NCBI GenBank assembly: GCA_016214555.1
Contig: JACROF010000004.1
Location: 276-64,275, forward strand
DNA from: Candidatus Levyibacteriota bacterium
GTDB lineage: Bacteria; Patescibacteriota; Microgenomatia; Levybacterales; UBA12049
Length of the DNA stretch: 64,000 nt
Direction: 5' to 3'
Shown: piece after piece, positions 9,270 through 18,310 of the stretch
Position numbering within the stretch: the stretch's first letter is position 1
Layout: every line of letters begins with the position of its first letter
Notes under the pieces: generated by a model
What the model saw: the letters and a program-made list of their open reading frames with translations, nothing else
What the model was told of the DNA's origin: nothing
Databases searched by the model: none
Program-made: the position numbers and the translations under genes

Positions 9270-10283
9270 ATGGCATTCTTATTGGGGCTTACCATCATGT
9301 CTTTTTTCATTTCAATCATCCTTCTGATTCCATTTATCGATTTTTTGTATAGAGCTAAGCTTCGTCGGCAGCATCAAATAACAAAAGACATGTTTAATCA
9401 GCATACTCCAATGTTTGATAAATACCATAAGTGGAAAGTAGGGACACCAGTTGGGGGAGGGATATTGGTGATTGTGATTACGACAGTACTAACGTTATGG
9501 TCTTATGGGATTCTTTCCATTCCTGTAAAAGCTTGGGAGCTTTTTGTAATCTTTTTTTCATTTATTGGATTTGGAATCTTAGGTTTTTTTGATGATTGGA
9601 AGAAATTATCTAATTCAGGTAAAGAAAATGTATTTTTTGGAATTCGTTTTAGGCACAAATTCATTATTCAATGGGCTTTGGCTTTAGTAATTGCATCAGT
9701 GTTTTATTTTCAACTTGGGTATTCTTTTCTCTACATACATGGTATTGGGCTAGTGGGTGTTGGAGCATTTTTTATACCATTTGCCGCTTTCGTCATAGTT
9801 TCTTTTGTTAACGCAGTTAACATCGCTGATGGACTTGATGGTCTCGCATCTGGTTTGTTAGTAATTTGTTTGTTTGGCTTTTTAGCGATTAATTCGACAC
9901 AGATTGATAGATCACTTGGGGTATTTATTGCAGTGTTACTAGGTTCAGTTATGGCATTTTTGTATTTTAATATTTATAAAGCAAGGCTTTGGATTGGGGA
10001 TGTGGGAGCGCTTTCTCTTGGCGCAGCCCTTGCGGTTATCGGACTTCTCACCGGAAAAACTTTGACTCTTGCAGTAATTGGTGGTGTATTTATTATCGAA
10101 ATAGCATCATCACTTCTTCAGATACTCAGTAAAAAATATTTTAACAAGAAACTATTCCCCGCAGCACCTTTTCATCTCTATCTTCAGTTGAGAGGTTGGG
10201 AAGAGCCAAAAATAGTTATGAGAGCATGGCTTGTTGGAATATTTTTTGCAGTTCTTGGTGTATATCTTGCATTTCTTACCTGA
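9270..10283 (+). CDS. mraY: Phospho-N-acetylmuramoyl-pentapeptide transferase
   Basis: NAVNIADGLDGLASG signature and polytopic topology. ATG at 9270 is preferred over the upstream TTG because a GGGAGAG SD precedes it. Confidence 0.9.
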   Translation: MAFLLGLTIMSFFISIILLIPFIDFLYRAKLRRQHQITKDMFNQHTPMFDKYHKWKVGTPVGGGILVIVITTVLTLWSYGILSIPVKAWELFVIFFSFIGFGILGFFDDWKKLSNSGKENVFFGIRFRHKFIIQWALALVIASVFYFQLGYSFLYIHGIGLVGVGAFFIPFAAFVIVSFVNAVNIADGLDGLASGLLVICLFGFLAINSTQIDRSLGVFIAVLLGSVMAFLYFNIYKARLWIGDVGALSLGAALAVIGLLTGKTLTLAVIGGVFIIEIASSLLQILSKKYFNKKLFPAAPFHLYLQLRGWEEPKIVMRAWLVGIFFAVLGVYLAFLT

Positions 10284-10324
10284 CCTCCTCGCATCATCGC
10301 TTTTTTTGCTATAGAATAGAATGT

Positions 10325-11389
10325 ATGCGCAACATTGATCACGTTCTTCTTGCTGTAGTTGCATTTTTGACAATTTTTGGCCTTTTTATGATATACGATG
10401 CCTCATCTGTTATCGCATTTAGGGATTTTGGAGACAAATATCATTATATTAAGGAGCAGTGTATCAATGCAGTGTTAGGAATAATAGCATTAGGTTTTTT
10501 TACGTTTTTTGATTACAAAAAACTCTACAACCTATCAGTCCCCATCCTCTTGATAGCTATCGGAATGTTGATTGCTGTCTTTATTCCTGGAATTGGTATC
10601 TATGCATTAGGTGCCCATCGCTGGATTAATTTAGGAGTGACAGTTCTTCAGCCTGCTGAATTTGTGAAATTGAGTTTGGCTATCTATCTTTCAGCATGGT
10701 TTTCCACAAAAGAGAGAGGGAGACTTCCAGCATTTGGTCTTTTAATGGGATTTGTTCTTCTTCTTATCATGGCTCAACCTGATATGGGTACAGCGTCAAT
10801 AATAATGTTTGAAGCCGTTCTGCTATATTTTTTATCTGGTGCAACAATAGCGCATTTTTTGATGTTGATTCCTGTTTTGGGTATTGGTGGAGTAGTGCTT
10901 ATTCTTATTGCTCCATATCGACTCGCGAGGCTTACTTCCTTTCTTCATGCAGGAGATAATTTTGAAGGAACATCATATCACGTTAGGCAAATTTTGATAG
11001 CTCTTGGCTCAGGAGGACTTTTTGGAGTTGGAGCAGGAAATTCTCTCCAGAAATTTGCATATCTTCCAGAGAATGTTACTGACTCTATCTTTGCTATTAT
11101 TGCAGAAGAGTTCGGCTTTATTGGATCATTTGGACTCATTCTTTTATTTGTTATGATTATGTGGAGGGGATTTGTTATATCGGCTCGGTCAAAAGATACT
11201 TTTGGAAAATTATTATCAGCAGGAATAATTTGTTTTTTAGGTGTGCAAGCAGTTATTAATTTTGCAGCAATGACTGCACTTATTCCGTTGACAGGAGTGC
11301 CTTTGCCATTTATTTCCTATGGAGGATCAGCGCTTATTGTTGATCTTGCAGCTATTGGTATTGTATTAAATATCTCAAAACAACACTAA
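10325..11389 (+). CDS. ftsW: SEDS-family peptidoglycan glycosyltransferase, FtsW-like
   Basis: Polytopic protein ending ...GVPLPFISYGGSALIVDLAAIGIVLN. Its position between mraY and murG supports the call. ATG at 10325 is chosen to avoid a 90-nt out-of-frame overlap with mraY. Confidence 0.8.
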   Translation: MRNIDHVLLAVVAFLTIFGLFMIYDASSVIAFRDFGDKYHYIKEQCINAVLGIIALGFFTFFDYKKLYNLSVPILLIAIGMLIAVFIPGIGIYALGAHRWINLGVTVLQPAEFVKLSLAIYLSAWFSTKERGRLPAFGLLMGFVLLLIMAQPDMGTASIIMFEAVLLYFLSGATIAHFLMLIPVLGIGGVVLILIAPYRLARLTSFLHAGDNFEGTSYHVRQILIALGSGGLFGVGAGNSLQKFAYLPENVTDSIFAIIAEEFGFIGSFGLILLFVMIMWRGFVISARSKDTFGKLLSAGIICFLGVQAVINFAAMTALIPLTGVPLPFISYGGSALIVDLAAIGIVLNISKQH

Positions 11390-11391
11390 AT

Positions 11392-12510
11392 ATGAAAATT
11401 GTTATAGTAGGTGGTCATTTATCTCCAGCTCTTGCAATTATAGACGCCCTTCCTGAGGGGGTGGATGTCCGATTTATTGGTCGAAAAACGGCAGTTGAGG
11501 GTGACCAGTCAACATCTTTGGAGTATCGTGAAATTACCTCTAGAAACATCTCCTTTTTCCCCTTAACAACAGCCAGGGTACAAAGATCATTAAGTAGGCA
11601 TACCTTCCCGTCTATTATAAGGTTGCCGATAGGGATGTATCAGGCAGTAGAATATCTTCGAAGAGAAAAACCTGACGTTGTACTATCATTTGGAGGATAT
11701 CTTTCGGTGCCAGTTGGATTTGCTGCAAAGATACTTGGTATTCCGCTTGTAATTCATGAGCAAACTTTTCATGTCGGCTTAGCCAATAAAGTATTATCAT
11801 CGTTTGCTTCCAGAATCTGTATATCTTGGGAATCATCAAAAAAATACTTTCCTCAAAGCAAGACTGTACTTACGGGTAATCCTATGCGAAAATTTGAAAT
11901 GAAAAATTTTCCCTATGTTTTCTCAACAAGTGATGAGAAGTTACCTCTTGTTTACATTACTGGAGGAAGTACTGGATCTCATGTAATAAATGTACTTGTT
12001 GAGGAATCAATCAAAGATCTTCTTACTAGTTCGCGAGTTATTCATCAAACAGGCGACACAAAAGAATTTGGAGATTATGATAAGCTAAATAATTTCCGAA
12101 AAAATCTTACTGAAAAAGAAAAAGGAAGATACATTATTGAGAAATTTATTAAACCCGATACAACAGGGATAATAATGAAAAATGCCGATCTAGTTGTAAG
12201 TAGAGCTGGAATGAACACAATAACAGAGTTGTTATATTTTGAGACACCAGCGCTCCTTATTCCTCTTCAAACAGGTCAGAAAAATGAACAGATTCTTAAT
12301 GCGAAGTTTTTTGCATCACTTGACGTGGGTGAGAATTTATTTCAAAAAGGATCAAGTGGTAAGAATTTTTATATGCTCTTAACAAGAATGTTATCTGAGC
12401 TTAGTAGGTATCAAAAAGGATTTGAAAAAGCTCATAAGCTTATCATTGAAGATGCAGCAAAGCAGGTTATTGCGCAGATGTTCTATGTGGTCAAGAAAAA
12501 GACTTCTTAA
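11392..12510 (+). CDS. murG: UDP-GlcNAc:lipid I GlcNAc transferase
   Basis: MKIVIVGGHLSPALAI N-terminus and GT28 two-domain layout. Confidence 0.9.
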   Translation: MKIVIVGGHLSPALAIIDALPEGVDVRFIGRKTAVEGDQSTSLEYREITSRNISFFPLTTARVQRSLSRHTFPSIIRLPIGMYQAVEYLRREKPDVVLSFGGYLSVPVGFAAKILGIPLVIHEQTFHVGLANKVLSSFASRICISWESSKKYFPQSKTVLTGNPMRKFEMKNFPYVFSTSDEKLPLVYITGGSTGSHVINVLVEESIKDLLTSSRVIHQTGDTKEFGDYDKLNNFRKNLTEKEKGRYIIEKFIKPDTTGIIMKNADLVVSRAGMNTITELLYFETPALLIPLQTGQKNEQILNAKFFASLDVGENLFQKGSSGKNFYMLLTRMLSELSRYQKGFEKAHKLIIEDAAKQVIAQMFYVVKKKTS

Positions 12511-12925
12511 AAAAGAGAAAAGACATCATAATAAAAAGAAAATTTTACTCCTAAGTTTATTTTTTGGATTAATCGGAGTGTTTTTTATTGCTGTTGGGGC
12601 ATTGATATTGTCAAGGGAGCCTATATTTACTAGCCCTTTGCCGTTACTTAGGACTTTTGGCGCAAGTACAGATAAGAATGAAGACAAAGCGGCAATCGAA
12701 AGCTTTCTTTCTAAGAATCATATTACCTATAAAAAATTGGAGCAAGTAGGATCTTCAGATTTTCGTCTTCAGACTCAATTAGGGGTAGTGTTTTTAACAT
12801 CAAATCGAGATTTGTCCGTGCAATTAACCTCTTTACAAAGAATCCTCTCTCGCCTTACAATGGAAGGTAAGAAGTTTGTAAGGCTTGATCTCCGCTTTGA
12901 CAAGCCTGTTATTGTATTGCAATGA
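12485..12925 (+). CDS. Short bitopic membrane protein, FtsQ/DivIB-like by position
   Basis: Basic N-terminus, a single TM (ILLLSLFFGLIGVFFIAVGALIL) and a beta-rich extracytoplasmic domain. It sits between murG and ftsA, where ftsQ normally lies. Only about 147 aa. Confidence 0.35.
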   Translation: MWSRKRLLKKEKRHHNKKKILLLSLFFGLIGVFFIAVGALILSREPIFTSPLPLLRTFGASTDKNEDKAAIESFLSKNHITYKKLEQVGSSDFRLQTQLGVVFLTSNRDLSVQLTSLQRILSRLTMEGKKFVRLDLRFDKPVIVLQ

Positions 12926-14223
12926 AACAATCACCATCAGAAGGAAGAATAATTGTAGGTATAGACGTTGGTACATCCAAGATAGTTACTCTTATTGCTA
13001 AAATAGATGAGTCGGTTAATATCCTCGGGGTTTCAGAAGTTAAATCTGCTGGAATTAGGAAAGGACAAATTGTTGACATCGAAGAGGCAGTAAACGCGAT
13101 CAATACGTCAATTGAGGCTAGTGAGCGTATGGCTGGATACTCTGTGTCTCATGTCTTTGCTTCTATTGGAGGTAGTCAAATTGACAGTCAAAATTCCCGT
13201 GGAGTTGTTGCAGTTTCAACACCGCAAGGAGAGATAACACCGAGTGATTTAAGTCGCGTAATCGATGCGGCAAAAGCAATTTCACTTCCGTCAACAAGGG
13301 AGATTATCCATGTTTTGCCACGAAATTATACCGTTGATGGACAGGAAGGTATTAAAGATCCGATTGGTATGTCTGGAGTGAGACTTGAGGTTGATACACA
13401 CATTATTACAGCAAACAGCATTGCTGTTCGTAACCTTGATAAAGCGTTTTCTGAGGTAGGAGTAGATGTTAGTAGCTATGTTTTTAATGGCTATGCTAGC
13501 TCTCTTGCAGTTTTATCAGATACAGAAAGGGAATTGGGCGTGGTATTAGTAGATATTGGCGCTGGAACAACTGATATTTCTATTTATACGGAAGGATCAG
13601 TCGCTTATTCGTCAGTACTTGCCATTGGAGCACGTCACATCACTAACGATTTGGCGATAGGGCTTCGAATTTCCCTTGAGAGCGCAGAAAAAATTAAAGT
13701 CTTCCTTTCAAAGCAAGCAAGTAAAAGAGTTCTAAGACCTGAAGAAGATGAAAAAACAAGAGAAGCCAAGCCATCAGACGAAATAGATCTTTCATCTCTT
13801 AATCTTCCAGAGGAAGTTCGGAAAGTGTCATATAAAACATTGGTAGATGGCATAATCAGGCCGCGAATGAATGAAATTTTTACTATGGTAGGAATTGAGA
13901 TTAAAAAAAGTGGTTATGGTGGTCAGACCCCCGCTGGACTTGTAATTACAGGCGGCGGAGCACTTACTGTTGGGATTAAGGATGCTGCAAAAAGAATGCT
14001 AGCTATGCCAGTAAGAGTAGGGTTGCCTACAGACCTTAAAGGTATTGTTGATGAAGTTCAGACACCCTCATACGCAAGCGTTGTAGGGCTTTTAATGTAT
14101 GGAGCAAAAAATGATCCAGGAGCTCGCTCAGGATCTTTTGGTTTTGCTATGCCTAAGCTACCTGGATCCTCAAATAAAATGATTAAAAAACTTTTTGACC
14201 TCATCAAATCTTTTATTCCATAG
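12922..14223 (+). CDS. ftsA: Cell division protein FtsA
   Basis: IVGIDVGTSKIV actin-fold phosphate-1 motif and VVLVDIGAGTTDISIY phosphate-2 motif. Confidence 0.9.
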   Translation: MKQSPSEGRIIVGIDVGTSKIVTLIAKIDESVNILGVSEVKSAGIRKGQIVDIEEAVNAINTSIEASERMAGYSVSHVFASIGGSQIDSQNSRGVVAVSTPQGEITPSDLSRVIDAAKAISLPSTREIIHVLPRNYTVDGQEGIKDPIGMSGVRLEVDTHIITANSIAVRNLDKAFSEVGVDVSSYVFNGYASSLAVLSDTERELGVVLVDIGAGTTDISIYTEGSVAYSSVLAIGARHITNDLAIGLRISLESAEKIKVFLSKQASKRVLRPEEDEKTREAKPSDEIDLSSLNLPEEVRKVSYKTLVDGIIRPRMNEIFTMVGIEIKKSGYGGQTPAGLVITGGGALTVGIKDAAKRMLAMPVRVGLPTDLKGIVDEVQTPSYASVVGLLMYGAKNDPGARSGSFGFAMPKLPGSSNKMIKKLFDLIKSFIP

Positions 14224-14275
14224 TATTCCACTGTCCCTTGCAAATAGTAGTATCTTCTGCTAGGATTTACCCACG

Positions 14276-15451
14276 ATGCTCATTCGGCCTCAAACCACAA
14301 ATTTTGCAAAAATTCGAGTCATTGGTGTAGGTGGTGGAGGATGTAATGCAATTGCCTCAATGATCACCCACAACAATATTCAGGGAGTTGATTTTGTTGC
14401 CATCAATACAGATGCTCAGGCCCTTCTACGTAACCCCGCAATAACAAAAGTTCAAATTGGTGAAAATCTTACTAAAGGTCTCGGGTCGGGAGGAGATCCA
14501 GAAATTGGGAGACAAGCTGCTGAGGAATCAGCCGAAAAAATAAAAGATATGCTGGAGGGGTCGGACATGGTCTTTTTGACGTGTGGGATGGGTGGTGGAT
14601 CAGGAACAGGCGCAACACCAATTGTAGCCAAAGTTGCAAAGGAAGTTGGGGCTCTTACAATCGCTGTTGTTACCAAGCCTTTTTCTTTTGAGGGAACACG
14701 TCGTATGGTTGTTGCTGAGGAGGGAATTGAGAGTCTTAAAGATAAAGTTGATACGCTTATTGTCATCCCAAATCAGAGGATCATGGATGTAGTAGATCGA
14801 AAATTGTCGCTTCTTGAAGCATTTAAAGTAGCTGATTCAGTCCTATCCCAAGGTGTTCAGGGAATTTCTGAGATCATCACCTTGCCAGGTCTTATCAATG
14901 TTGACTTTGCTGACGTCAGAACAATTATGTCAAATGCGGGCTCTGCTCTTATGGGTATTGGCACAGGGATTGGAGAGAATAGGGCACAGGCGGCTGCAAG
15001 GGCTGCTATAGCATCACCTTTGCTTGAGGTCACCATGGATGGAGCTCGTGGTGTCCTTTTCAATATTGTAGGAGGTAATGATTTGACTATGACAGAGGTA
15101 GATGAAGCAGCAAAAATTATCTCAAGCTCTGCAGATCCTGATGCAAATATTATTTTTGGAGCAACTATTGATGAGTCGATGCATGACCAAATCCGTATTA
15201 CAGTTGTGGCAACAGGTTTTGATCAGACAAAACAACGCCTACAGCAATTTGTCGCTCCTCATTACCAAAGACAACAGCCTGAGGTAAAGGAATACAATAG
15301 TCCATTTGTAACATCAAATGGTTATCAGTCAGAGGAAGAAGAGCAGTCATCTCAGCAAGATCAAGCTCCCTCTGTAGCGAGTCAGCCAGTTAAAAAAGAG
15401 ACAGAGGAAGATGAGTGGGACATACCAGCCTTCTTAAGACAAAGAAACTAA
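14276..15451 (+). CDS. ftsZ: Cell division GTPase FtsZ
   Basis: [20 protein letters not shown] tubulin signature and acidic C-terminal tail. Confidence 0.95.
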   Translation: MLIRPQTTNFAKIRVIGVGGGGCNAIASMITHNNIQGVDFVAINTDAQALLRNPAITKVQIGENLTKGLGSGGDPEIGRQAAEESAEKIKDMLEGSDMVFLTCGMGGGSGTGATPIVAKVAKEVGALTIAVVTKPFSFEGTRRMVVAEEGIESLKDKVDTLIVIPNQRIMDVVDRKLSLLEAFKVADSVLSQGVQGISEIITLPGLINVDFADVRTIMSNAGSALMGIGTGIGENRAQAAARAAIASPLLEVTMDGARGVLFNIVGGNDLTMTEVDEAAKIISSSADPDANIIFGATIDESMHDQIRITVVATGFDQTKQRLQQFVAPHYQRQQPEVKEYNSPFVTSNGYQSEEEEQSSQQDQAPSVASQPVKKETEEDEWDIPAFLRQRN

Positions 15452-15464
15452 AAAGTACCTGCCC

Positions 15465-16097
15465 ATGATGAAAAACATGGACGCAGTATTAACTCCACTA
15501 ACTCAATTTTTCTTTAACGTTATCCCTGGTTCTTTGTTTCTCTATGTTGTTTATGTATTTAACTTAATTCCATACGCGTGGAAAACAAGTTACATTGACC
15601 CCGCCTTGGGAAAAAATGAAGTTTTTATACTTGCACTACTCCTAATTGTAGGTGGGGGAATGGGATTCGTATTTCAGGCAATTACAAAATTAGTAAGGGA
15701 ATGGTTCAAGTTAGATGAGCTCATTACTATGAAAGTGTTGTGTGATAATAAGGATGGGATGAAGATGAAAAAAATATGGACAAGACTTAGATTTACTCCA
15801 AATGTACATGAAAGAATTCAAGTAAGAAAAGCCTTCTTTCTTATGGATTGTTATTTAAGAGCAGAAGGAAAAGCACATATTATTTTTCATTTTAGTACAC
15901 GATTTGCTTTTTGGTCTAATATTCTTGTTGCATTAATTCTTCTTGGAATTATACAAGCTTTTGCAGGCATAAATGGTGTGTCTGATCAGATATTCTCTTG
16001 GTATTACTTACTGGTTATTTTAGTGATTTGTGTTTGCTACTATCACTTCAGGTCTCTATATGATGTGGTTTTTAAAACTTTTGCAACTTCCAAATAA
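15465..16097 (+). CDS. Hypothetical polytopic membrane protein
   Basis: Four to five predicted TM helices and no recognisable motif. It lies immediately downstream of ftsZ. Confidence 0.4.
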   Translation: MMKNMDAVLTPLTQFFFNVIPGSLFLYVVYVFNLIPYAWKTSYIDPALGKNEVFILALLLIVGGGMGFVFQAITKLVREWFKLDELITMKVLCDNKDGMKMKKIWTRLRFTPNVHERIQVRKAFFLMDCYLRAEGKAHIIFHFSTRFAFWSNILVALILLGIIQAFAGINGVSDQIFSWYYLLVILVICVCYYHFRSLYDVVFKTFATSK

Positions 16098-16196
16098 TTT
16101 TTATTAGATCGTAGAATCTTTGAAATGCGACGCATGAGGATAAATTCACTCTAAAACTCATCAAGAGTAAGTCAGTAGATATGTTATACTTTTCGC

Positions 16197-17042
16197 ATGA
16201 GCGACTTCATCCACTTCCTAAACGGAAAGTTTGTAAAAGAAGATGAATTATCTATTTCCCCATGGGATTTAGGATTTGTTAGAGGTTATGCTGTAGCTGA
16301 TTTTTTAGTAACTCATCAGCAGATACCTTTCAAGCTCTCTGAACACGTCGATAGACTCTTCAAATCTGCAGAAATAATTGGCCTTCAAGTCCCTTGGACT
16401 AAAACACAAATTGTAGGCTGGGCAAATGAGACGCTGGACAAAAACGATAACAAGATTGAAAAGACATTGAAGATTGTTCTCTCAGGTGGCAAGTCTCACT
16501 CGATGCATCAATCGCCAGTCCCTACTTTAGTTATGATGGTTAGTCAGTATGAGCCTCCAGCACCAAGTTACTACGAGAATGGGGTAAAAGCCATAGCTGT
16601 AAATTATAAACGTCAATATCCTGAAGCCAAACACACTCATTACGTAGAGGCAATACGGCAGCTCTCCAAAGCCCAAGACAAAGATATTGATGAAGTAATC
16701 TACTATGACGAGTCTCAGGTGTTTGAAGGAGCAGGATGCAACTTATTTGCTGTTATTGATAATAAACTCGTTACTACCAAATCAAATATCGTAGAGGGAA
16801 TAACACGAAACGTTTTACTAGAAATTCTTCGATTAGATATTCCTACTGAAGTCAGAGACTTTACCTTTGATGAATTACAAAGCGCCACAGAAGTCTTTTT
16901 GACAGGTAGCAGTAAAAAAGTAAGAGGAGTTATCGAAATAAATGGAAAAACTGTTGGGGATGGAAAAGTAGGAGAAGTTACAAAAGAAGCATCGAAACAA
17001 TTTGAGAGCTATATTGAAAAAGTAGCCTCATCCACTGCATAA
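16197..17042 (+). CDS. PLP fold-type IV aminotransferase (D-amino-acid / branched-chain aminotransferase family)
   Basis: FLNGKFVKEDELSISPWDLGFVRGYAVAD N-terminus and the EGAGCNLFAV motif. Confidence 0.75.
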   Translation: MSDFIHFLNGKFVKEDELSISPWDLGFVRGYAVADFLVTHQQIPFKLSEHVDRLFKSAEIIGLQVPWTKTQIVGWANETLDKNDNKIEKTLKIVLSGGKSHSMHQSPVPTLVMMVSQYEPPAPSYYENGVKAIAVNYKRQYPEAKHTHYVEAIRQLSKAQDKDIDEVIYYDESQVFEGAGCNLFAVIDNKLVTTKSNIVEGITRNVLLEILRLDIPTEVRDFTFDELQSATEVFLTGSSKKVRGVIEINGKTVGDGKVGEVTKEASKQFESYIEKVASSTA

Positions 17043-17170
17043 CGTCCGATGCGTTTACCCCTATTGCTAAACTTTTAGTCGCGCGCTAATATTGTGGGGA
17101 TTATGGAAACTAAAGTTCAATTGCGTTGTCTTAGAAATGCGGGAATATCTGAGATAAAGGGATTAGTCTA

Positions 17171-17195
17171 TGCCTAGCATAGGCAGTATTTTTAA
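17171..17195 (+). terminator. Putative intrinsic terminator (6-bp stem tgccta/taggca plus a T-run)
   Basis: tgcctaGCAtaggca followed by gtattttta, located between convergent genes. Confidence 0.3.
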
Positions 17196-18272
17196 TTAGA
17201 TAATAATGAGCTTTAGGAATTCTTTGTACCCTCTCTTAAATTTCATCCGCGTCACTACTTCAAAGGAAAGTTCGATCATTGCAGCAAGTAATAACCAATA
17301 AACAAAAATTGCAATTTTCTCACCGTAATAGTTGTTACCAAACACAGAAGAGATAAGTGATAGGCATATTAATATGCCTGCAACAAAAAATGTCGCTTCA
17401 CTTCTCAGACGATATATAACAACGCTCATTACCCAAAAAATTCCAAAGATACGAAAGTCCTGGAGTACAAGAGAGTTAAATTCAGCTGAGGAAGCTATTA
17501 ATATGACAAAAATTGAAAAGCAACCATAGTATATTTTGGCGCCTAGCTTGTTGTTAAAAAGTGCAAAAAATAGGTAAAAAATGAGAGGAGTAAGGATAAG
17601 TAATTGCTGAAGTGAATCTTTTAGATGTGCAGAGGGATTTATGGCCTTTTTTTGAAGAAAATTAGCAGTATCGATGATATTTGTCGCTGCATATTTAATA
17701 GAATATTTATAACTCGTAATAAAAATTGGCTGATCCGGAGAGACATAGACTGCATCATTCTTTTTTCCTAAAGTTGATTCGATTTCAAAATCATATGTTT
17801 TACTTTTGGAATTTGTAACAACTGGGAATCCGAAGGTGAATAGTTGATTATCTTGAAATTGATCAACTTTATAATTTGCTTGATAGTACCAATTCTTTTC
17901 AACATTTTCTTTTATTCTAAATACAAGAATGTCATTACCTGCTCTTTTATATGTGCCAAACCGTATAGAAAGAACCCCTAAATTGTTAGACTGAGCAACA
18001 AATTTCCCAGTTATTTTTTCACCCTTCATAAGAGGTTTTTCTATCGGCTTAATGTTATCTTTATGAGTTTGTGGGTAAGTAGCAATCGATATTGGGCCGC
18101 TTGAATTAAGTGAAAGAGCAAGGAGAAGACCAAGCCCTAGAAGTATGCCTGGAATAACGAGCCATTTAAAGAATACATAAGAAAAACGGTGCGCTTTTAT
18201 TGCCTGCAGCAATTGTTGTAATTTTTGCTGATGTGATGTCGAACGTTTCATTTTACTTGTTTTGTTAGGCAT
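17196..18272 (-). CDS. Hypothetical membrane protein (N-terminal TM, extracytoplasmic beta-rich domain, C-terminal multi-TM block)
   Basis: Hydropathy pattern only. No motif recognised. Confidence 0.45.
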   Translation of the reverse strand: MPNKTSKMKRSTSHQQKLQQLLQAIKAHRFSYVFFKWLVIPGILLGLGLLLALSLNSSGPISIATYPQTHKDNIKPIEKPLMKGEKITGKFVAQSNNLGVLSIRFGTYKRAGNDILVFRIKENVEKNWYYQANYKVDQFQDNQLFTFGFPVVTNSKSKTYDFEIESTLGKKNDAVYVSPDQPIFITSYKYSIKYAATNIIDTANFLQKKAINPSAHLKDSLQQLLILTPLIFYLFFALFNNKLGAKIYYGCFSIFVILIASSAEFNSLVLQDFRIFGIFWVMSVVIYRLRSEATFFVAGILICLSLISSVFGNNYYGEKIAIFVYWLLLAAMIELSFEVVTRMKFKRGYKEFLKLIII

Positions 18273-18310
18273 TATCGTTATGTTACTATTTATTATGCTA
18301 TCATAATTTC

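Noticed and set aside
10196-10324. Long form of ftsW starting at a TTG inside mraY
   Set aside because: A 90-nt out-of-frame overlap with mraY. The N-terminal peptide is Cys-rich nonsense. The conserved SEDS N-terminus begins at the ATG at 10325.
14452-15063. Minus-strand ORFs inside ftsZ
   Set aside because: Shadow ORFs in a moderately GC-richer conserved gene.
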